A program made the position numbers and the translations under genes. From assembly GCA_965216755.1 (NCBI GenBank), contig CBDCGL010000011.1:3872001-3936000 (forward strand): a stretch of 64,000 nucleotides of DNA. Direction: 5' to 3'. The notes under the pieces were generated by a model. It ran no database searches, was not told where the DNA came from, and saw only the letters and a program-made list of their open reading frames with translations. Within the stretch, counting starts at the first letter, position 1. Every line of letters begins with the position of its first letter. This document shows positions 57,936 to 64,000 of the stretch, piece by piece. The stretch comes from Alphaproteobacteria bacterium (GTDB taxonomy: Bacteria; Pseudomonadota; Alphaproteobacteria; UBA7887).

Positions 57936-58976
57936 GTGAAAACACTGGTTTATTTCAATCGTTGGACACATGCTGACGGCCTGAATGCGGTCACCGCCGA
58001 AAACGGCCGCAAAGTGATCAAGCTCGATTGGCATGCGCGCGAAGACGACATTTGGCCCGTGCTGAAACGGGCGCACGGTTATCAGATTTCATCGGCGCGC
58101 CACGAACTGCCGACGGCCTATCGTGGCGACGCGCCGTTGCTGGCGCGCTGCCAGGAGCTGTTGGCCATTTGCACCGACGGTGCCGGCTATGACACGCTCG
58201 ACCTCGATGCCTGCACGGCGGCGGGCGTGCTGGTCGCCAATCAGGCCGGCGCGAACAAGGAAGCTGTTGCCGAACACACGCTGGGCATGATGCTGGCGCT
58301 GTCCAAGCGGTTGATCGAAACCGACCGCGCGATGCGCCGCGACCGTGATTGGCATAGAAACGATTTTATCGGCAATAATTTGGTAGATAAAACGGTCGGC
58401 ATAATTGGCTTGGGGCATATTGGCAGTCGGCTTGCGACATTGTGTCGGGTCGCTTTTGACATGCGCGTTTTGGCTTATGATCCATATCTGACCGAAAAGC
58501 AGTTTGCCGAGCGCGCAGCTGAGTCGGTGGCGTTAGAGACTCTGTTGACCGAATCCGATTTTGTCACCCTTCATTGCCCGTTGAGCGATGAGACCTGCCA
58601 CATGATCGATGCTGACGCCTTGGCGCGCATGAAGCCGTCGGCCTATTTGGTCACCACCGCGCGCGGCGGCATTCATGATGAAGCGGCGCTCGACGAAGCG
58701 CTCGGTGCGGGCGCCATTCGCGGTGCCGGCCTCGACGTGTGGGATATGGAACCGCCGCCACTCGGCCATCCGCTGTTGCGTCATGACAATGTCATTCTGA
58801 GTCCACACACGGCCGGCGTGACCGACGAGTCGCGGCGGCAAGCGTCGTTATGTGCCGCCGAGCAATGGCGCGATATTTTCCAAGGTCGTGAACCGCCGCG
58901 GGTCCTTAATCCCGCTGTGTTGCCGCGTTTTCGCGATCGCTACGCGGAGCTGTTCGGGGGCGCCCACGGATCGTAA
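57936..58976 (+). CDS. D-isomer-specific 2-hydroxyacid dehydrogenase (SerA-like)
   Basis: GAGYD, AVAEH, GIIGLGHIG, TLHCPL, ARGG, GAGLDV, LSPHTAG; start uncertain. Confidence 0.9.
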   Translation: MKTLVYFNRWTHADGLNAVTAENGRKVIKLDWHAREDDIWPVLKRAHGYQISSARHELPTAYRGDAPLLARCQELLAICTDGAGYDTLDLDACTAAGVLVANQAGANKEAVAEHTLGMMLALSKRLIETDRAMRRDRDWHRNDFIGNNLVDKTVGIIGLGHIGSRLATLCRVAFDMRVLAYDPYLTEKQFAERAAESVALETLLTESDFVTLHCPLSDETCHMIDADALARMKPSAYLVTTARGGIHDEAALDEALGAGAIRGAGLDVWDMEPPPLGHPLLRHDNVILSPHTAGVTDESRRQASLCAAEQWRDIFQGREPPRVLNPAVLPRFRDRYAELFGGAHGS

Positions 58977-59383
58977 CTGCCGAAACTCCATAAGTGGCCT
59001 TCCAAATCGCGACACATATAGAGCCGGCTGCCATAGTCCTGGTCCGCGATTGGCATAACGATGGTTGCACCGGCTGCAACCGCTCGGTCGTAATGGCGGT
59101 CGATATCTTTGATGACCACATAAGACGATTGCGTACTGCGTCCGCCGGCCTCGTCAGGTTGGCAGGTCAGGTCACTGGTGTCGCAATCATCTACCGCGCC
59201 GAGCATCACCATACTGTTGCCCAGGGTGAGCTGTGCGTGGGCGATGCTGCCGTCGGCATCGGGGACAACCCGATGTTCCGTGAACCCAAACGCCCCACAC
59301 AGCCATGCCACGGCGGCGCGGGCATCGCGGTATCGTAGGGCCGGAATGATGTAGGTCTTGCCTGCGGCAGGCGCTTCAGCCAT
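58940..59383 (-). CDS. VOC/glyoxalase/bleomycin-resistance family protein
   Basis: IPALRYRDA.AA..WL..AFGF, HAQL, DQDYGSR...RDLEGHLWSFG. Confidence 0.9.
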   Translation of the reverse strand: MAEAPAAGKTYIIPALRYRDARAAVAWLCGAFGFTEHRVVPDADGSIAHAQLTLGNSMVMLGAVDDCDTSDLTCQPDEAGGRSTQSSYVVIKDIDRHYDRAVAAGATIVMPIADQDYGSRLYMCRDLEGHLWSFGSYDPWAPPNSSA

Positions 59384-59426
59384 TTACGACCTCCTTCGAA
59401 CATGACCCCGGCCTGACGTCATATCT

Positions 59427-60110
59427 TCATTCCAGTGCAGCGATAAGCCAGTGATGCAGTGGCGCCAGCGGCCGCCAAATGTCGATACAATGGGACACCA
59501 GCGCGGCCGAACGCAGCTCAGTGGGATGCCGTGCTTCCACCGATGCAAACAAAGCGTTGTGGCGCAGCAGCCGGTCCTGTTCGGTTGAGGCCGCCGCATA
59601 GCCGCGCGGCAGCTTGCTGTAATGAAGGCCGCGCACCGGATGGCCGGTCTTTTCCAAGCGGTTGACTGTTTTGATCAGAGCCGGGCCGTCATGCGGGTCG
59701 ACCACCGCATCGCGATAGGCGTGCAGTTGTTGGCGAACGAACTGATGGGCACCGACGCCCAAGATCAGATGCGTTGCGGTCAGGCGAAAAAAGAAACTCG
59801 AAACCGCGCTCTTGCGTTCGCCTTCCCAAAACCATAGGTCGAGATGGTCCTTGTAGGGCGTTTTGTCTTTGGAAAAGCGGATGTCACGGTTGATGCGAAA
59901 GATCGAACCGTTGACGCGTGGCGCGGCGACGATATTGGGGGCGAGGTCACCGAGCGGTGCGGTGAGGGCCTCGATAAAGGCCTTTGCGGGCGCAATGTAG
60001 TGGTCGTTATAATCAGCGCGGTGCGCCTCGAACCACGCTTTGTTGTTGTTGCGCCCGAGACCGTCAAGAAATGTAACGGTCTGATTCGAGAAGCCGGAGA
60101 ACTCTGACAT
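59427..60110 (-). CDS. DUF2461 (TIGR02453)-family protein
   Basis: FL..L..NNNKAWF.AHR..Y, IFRINRDIRFSKDKTPYK. Confidence 0.9.
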   Translation of the reverse strand: MSEFSGFSNQTVTFLDGLGRNNNKAWFEAHRADYNDHYIAPAKAFIEALTAPLGDLAPNIVAAPRVNGSIFRINRDIRFSKDKTPYKDHLDLWFWEGERKSAVSSFFFRLTATHLILGVGAHQFVRQQLHAYRDAVVDPHDGPALIKTVNRLEKTGHPVRGLHYSKLPRGYAAASTEQDRLLRHNALFASVEARHPTELRSAALVSHCIDIWRPLAPLHHWLIAALE

Positions 60111-60143
60111 TATGTGCCTCCACGTCCGGCTGGCGATTGTCGC

Positions 60144-62864
60144 TCAGGCGACCCGGCCGTGGCAGTGCTTATATTTTTTTCCGGACCCGCATGGGCAGGC
60201 CTCATTGCGGCCGACCTTACCCCAGCTTGACGGATCGGCCGGATTGCGCTCTGGCGCCGTGCTACCCGCGCGTGTTCTTTGGGCGGTGGCCATGGCCGCG
60301 GCGCGGCCACCGCTCGGGGCGGCACCTCCACCAGCGGCCGCCATGGCCGGTTGCGCACTGGCCGTGGCCATTTGCTCTTCAGGCGGCGCGACCCGCAGTT
60401 CCAAATGCGACAACACCGATGTTACCGTCTCGCGGAAGCGGCTCAACATCGATTCAAACAGAGAAAACGCTTCTGTCTTGTATTCGTTGAGCGGGTCGCG
60501 CTGGGCGTAGGCGCGCAATGAAATACCCTGGCGCAGGTGATCCAACGACAGCAAATGGTCTTTCCATTGCTGATCGAGAATTTGCAGAACCAGGCTCTTT
60601 TCGGCGACCCGCATGACCTCGGGGCTGTAGTGCACCACTTTCTCGGCGTATTTGCGGTCGACGGCATCGATCAGACGGCTACGAATCTCATCGTCGGCGA
60701 TGCCTTCCTCTTGCGCCCAATCGCCGATCGGCAGGTCGAGGCCAAATATCCGACGCACCTCTTCGTGCATGGCGGCGGTTTCCCATTGCTCGGGATACGC
60801 CTTTTCCGGGATAAACCGGGCCACGATGTCTTCGGCCAACTCATGGCGCATGTCGGTGACGGTATCGGCCACGTCGTTTGCGCGCATCAGTTCAATGCGC
60901 TCTTGGTAAATCACTTTGCGCTGGTCGTTCATCACGTCGTCGAAGCGCAGCAGGTTCTTGCGAATCTCGAAGTTGCGCGCCTCGACCTTTTGTTGGGCTT
61001 TCTCCAGGGCTTTGTTGATCCACGGATGAAAAATCGCCTCGCCTTCTTGCAGGCCCAACTTGCGCAGCATGCCGTCCATGCGCTCCGAGCCGAAAATGCG
61101 CATCAGGTCGTCTTCCAACGACAGATAAAATTTCGACTCACCGGGATCACCCTGCCGCCCAGAGCGTCCGCGCAACTGATTGTCGATGCGCCGGCTCTCA
61201 TGGCGTTCGGTGCCAATCACATAAAGTCCGCCGGCGTCCAAGACCTCATTGTGGGCGGTGGTGATTTCCGCGCGGATCTTTTCAGTCAAGGTATGCTGCT
61301 TGGCGTCGTCGGATATGTTGTCCAGCTCATCTTCCAGGCGCATGTCCAGATTGCCGCCCAATTGGATGTCGGTGCCGCGGCCGGCCATGTTGGTGGCGAT
61401 GGTCACGGCGCCGGGTCGGCCGGCCTGCGCGATGATGTGGGCTTCCTGCTCGTGATAGCGCGCGTTGAGCACATTGTGCGGCACTTTGCTTTTCTTCAGC
61501 CGCTTTGCCAGGTCCTCGGATTTTTCGATGCTCGTGGTGCCAACCAAGACCGGTTGCTGGCGTTTGCGGCACTCCGCGATCTGGGCCACGACGGCGGTCC
61601 ATTTTTCCTCCGCCGTACGATAGATCTCGTCATCATTATCGATGCGGATCATCTCTTTGTGTGTCGGCACCTCGACCACTTCCAGGCCGTAGATCTCGCC
61701 GAATTCGGCGGCTTCCGTGGCCGCGGTTCCAGTCATGCCGCCGAGTTTCGGATACATACGGAAATAGTTTTGAAACGTGATCGATGCCAGGGTCTGGTTT
61801 TCGTTTTGGATGATCACATCTTCCTTGGCTTCCAACGCCTGATGCAAGCCGTCTGAATAGCGTCGGCCCTCCATCATGCGGCCGGTGAACTCGTCGATAA
61901 TGATGACCTTGTCGTCCTTGACGATGTAATCGGTATCGCGCGCAAACAGCTTGTGCGCGCGCAGGGCTTGGTTGACGTGATGAACGATGCTGACGTTCTC
62001 GAAGTCGTACAGCCCCGGGCTTTGCAGCATGCTGGCGTCGCGCAGCAGCGCCTCGATGCGCTCGCTGCCGACTTCAGTCAGGGTCACGGCGCGCGCTTTT
62101 TCGTCCTTTTCGAAGTCGTCTTCGCCCAGTTGCGGGATTAACGTGTTGACGGCCACATAAAGCGCAGAATTGTCTTCGGTCGGACCGGAGATGATCAGCG
62201 GGGTGCGGGCCTCGTCAACCAGGATACTGTCGACCTCGTCGACAATGGCGAAATTGAAGGGCCGCTGGACCATGGTCTCCAGCGTGAATTTCATATTGTC
62301 GCGCAGGTAATCAAAACCGAATTCGTTGTTGGTGCCGTATGTGACGTCGGCGGCATAGGCATCGCGCCGCTGTTGATCGGACAAGCCGTGCACGATGCAG
62401 CCGACGGTGAGGCCAAGGAAGTTATAGATCTGGCCCATCCAGCCGGCATCGCGCTGGGCCAAATAGTCATTGACGGTGACCACATGGACGCCCTTGCCTT
62501 CGAGCGCGTTCAAATACACAGCGAGGGTCGCGACAAGGGTCTTGCCCTCGCCGGTCTTCATTTCAGAGATCTTGCCTTCGTGCAAAACCATGCCACCGAT
62601 CAGCTGCACGTCGAAATGGCGCTGGCCGAGCGTTCGTTTGGCGCCCTCGCGGACCACGGCGAACGCTTCGGGCAGCAATTTGTCGAGCGCCGCGCCGTCA
62701 CGCAGCCGGTCGCGAAACTCGGTCGTTTTGGCCTTGAGCGCGTCGTCGGACAGGCCCTCTAGGTCATTTTCGAGCGCATTGATTTTTTCGACGGTCTTCT
62801 GATGTTCTTTGATGATCCGATCATTGACCGAGCCGAAGAAGCGCCGGGACAGGCGGTTTAGCAT
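60144..62864 (-). CDS. secA: Preprotein translocase subunit SecA
   Basis: [78 protein letters not shown]. Confidence 0.98.
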   Translation of the reverse strand: MLNRLSRRFFGSVNDRIIKEHQKTVEKINALENDLEGLSDDALKAKTTEFRDRLRDGAALDKLLPEAFAVVREGAKRTLGQRHFDVQLIGGMVLHEGKISEMKTGEGKTLVATLAVYLNALEGKGVHVVTVNDYLAQRDAGWMGQIYNFLGLTVGCIVHGLSDQQRRDAYAADVTYGTNNEFGFDYLRDNMKFTLETMVQRPFNFAIVDEVDSILVDEARTPLIISGPTEDNSALYVAVNTLIPQLGEDDFEKDEKARAVTLTEVGSERIEALLRDASMLQSPGLYDFENVSIVHHVNQALRAHKLFARDTDYIVKDDKVIIIDEFTGRMMEGRRYSDGLHQALEAKEDVIIQNENQTLASITFQNYFRMYPKLGGMTGTAATEAAEFGEIYGLEVVEVPTHKEMIRIDNDDEIYRTAEEKWTAVVAQIAECRKRQQPVLVGTTSIEKSEDLAKRLKKSKVPHNVLNARYHEQEAHIIAQAGRPGAVTIATNMAGRGTDIQLGGNLDMRLEDELDNISDDAKQHTLTEKIRAEITTAHNEVLDAGGLYVIGTERHESRRIDNQLRGRSGRQGDPGESKFYLSLEDDLMRIFGSERMDGMLRKLGLQEGEAIFHPWINKALEKAQQKVEARNFEIRKNLLRFDDVMNDQRKVIYQERIELMRANDVADTVTDMRHELAEDIVARFIPEKAYPEQWETAAMHEEVRRIFGLDLPIGDWAQEEGIADDEIRSRLIDAVDRKYAEKVVHYSPEVMRVAEKSLVLQILDQQWKDHLLSLDHLRQGISLRAYAQRDPLNEYKTEAFSLFESMLSRFRETVTSVLSHLELRVAPPEEQMATASAQPAMAAAGGGAAPSGGRAAAMATAQRTRAGSTAPERNPADPSSWGKVGRNEACPCGSGKKYKHCHGRVA

Positions 62865-63128
62865 CGAGGATCCTCGGGGCTGGGACGCACGTACGCGAAC
62901 AATAGAACAGCGTCGCTGCGTTTCACATAAGCGTCTGCCCGATATGTGTCAACGCGTGGCGCGAACAAGCGCTCAGGCTTTCTCGTTGTTGCGTGCTGGC
63001 GGCCCTGGAGTCACCGCTCTTGTCCGACCAAATCTGTTTCGGCATGATGCCGCCCCTGGCGCCGACGTGGCCGGCGTTTTTTCCAATGCGACAAGACTTT
63101 GTGCGGCGATTCGGAAACTGGACCGGCG

Positions 63129-64000
63129 ATGACTGAGCGCTCTCCCCTTGCATCTGCGCAATTTCCCGAGATGGCTCCCGTGCGCGGCGTGCGCATGGCG
63201 GCAACGGCCTGCGGATTGCGCTATCGCGACCGCACCGACTTGATGCTGGCGACATTCGATCCTGGTACCGCTGTCGCCGGCGTGTTCACGCGTTCGACCA
63301 CGGCGTCCGCGCCCGTCGATTGGTGCCGCGAAATTATCGATCAGGGTCGGGCGCGCGCATTGGTCGTCAATTCCGGAAACGCCAACGCGTTCACTGGCGC
63401 GGCGGGCGCGCTATCGGTGCGGCAAACGGTAGATGCCACCGCGGCGCTGGTCGGATGTGCCGGGCAAGAGGTGTACGTGGCGTCGACTGGCGTGATCGGT
63501 GAACCGCTAGATGCCGCGAAGATCGTCGATTCGCTGCACGATCTAAAGAAATCGCAGCGCGAAGACGCGTGGCGCGAGGCGGCGGCCGCGATCATGACCA
63601 CCGATACGTTTCCCAAGGGCGCCAGCCGCAGCGCGCTGTTGGGCGACCGCACGGTGACCATCAGCGGTGTTGCCAAGGGGTCAGGCATGATCGCGCCGAA
63701 CATGGCGACGATGCTGGCGTTTTTGTTTACCGACGCGCACCTACCGGCGGAAGTGTTGCGGGACCTTCTGTTGGACGCCAATAGCCGGTCTTTCAACGCG
63801 ATTACTGTCGACAGTGATACATCGACGAGCGATACCGTGTTGTTGTTCGCCACGGGTGCGGCCGAGAATGCGCCCGCGCCCGGGTCGATGACCGCGCCCG
63901 AACTTCAGGCTTTTCGTGCCGCGCTGGAAGAAACGATGATCGACCTCGCCCAACAAATCGTGCGCGATGGCGAAGGCGCGTCGAAATTTATCACGATCAC
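63129..64000 (+). CDS. argJ: Bifunctional ornithine acetyltransferase/N-acetylglutamate synthase, truncated by the window end
   Basis: MTERSPLA...AGVFT, VNSGNANAFTG, STGVIGE, IMTTDTFPK, KGSGMIAPNMATML, TVDSDTSTSDT, RDGEGA; not in ORF track because no stop is in the window. Confidence 0.95.
   Translation, partial: MTERSPLASAQFPEMAPVRGVRMAATACGLRYRDRTDLMLATFDPGTAVAGVFTRSTTASAPVDWCREIIDQGRARALVVNSGNANAFTGAAGALSVRQTVDATAALVGCAGQEVYVASTGVIGEPLDAAKIVDSLHDLKKSQREDAWREAAAAIMTTDTFPKGASRSALLGDRTVTISGVAKGSGMIAPNMATMLAFLFTDAHLPAEVLRDLLLDANSRSFNAITVDSDTSTSDTVLLFATGAAENAPAPGSMTAPELQAFRAALEETMIDLAQQIVRDGEGASKFITI

Noticed and set aside
47051-61856. Long antisense ORFs such as 47051..48355, 51551..52399 and 60537..61856
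   Set aside because: Each lies opposite a well-supported gene; expected shadows in high-GC DNA.
62897-62908. LexA box upstream of secA (GAACAATAGAAC)
   Set aside because: Spacer is 4 nt rather than 7.

Overview
GC-rich alphaproteobacterial chromosome segment (ccrM, smc, atpIBEF'F, alpha-type LexA box, suhB/MmgR-like sRNA). Most of the window is housekeeping: F0 ATP synthase operon, smc, mutY, ccrM, rnhB, moaB, ispE, IOR-family oxidoreductase, glcDEF, pyk, glycerate kinase, secA, argJ, tRNA-Val, tRNA-Gln. Two accessory loci stand out. (1) At 1-7.1 kb, an ECF sigma factor and a membrane anti-sigma candidate (triplicated N-terminal module, DUF4384-like C-terminus) lie upstream of an alternating array of secreted proteins. 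Three A paralogs end in exactly 3 x 36-aa Asn/Gln/Gly/Val-rich repeats. Two B paralogs carry one 36-aa Cys-to-Cys copy of the same repeat register. An OmpA-domain protein and a 54-aa ORF are divergent. A shared promoter motif (NNACCCYN-N15-CGT) occurs five times, including in front of the sigma gene. This looks like a curli/Fap-analogous, self-regulated beta-solenoid fibre system that I cannot assign to a named family. (2) At 49-55.5 kb, next to tRNA-Gln, a small cluster encodes a single-module NRPS (atypical C domain, Gly-type A domain), a radical SAM/SPASM enzyme and an acetyltransferase-carrier-protein fusion, bounded by an IS5 remnant. Also present are an intact IS5-family element inserted in the atpF stop codon, a 90-bp palindromic element enclosing NrdR-like boxes, REP/BIME-like repeats and a frameshifted methyltransferase. 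All family assignments are by eye from motifs; no searches were run.
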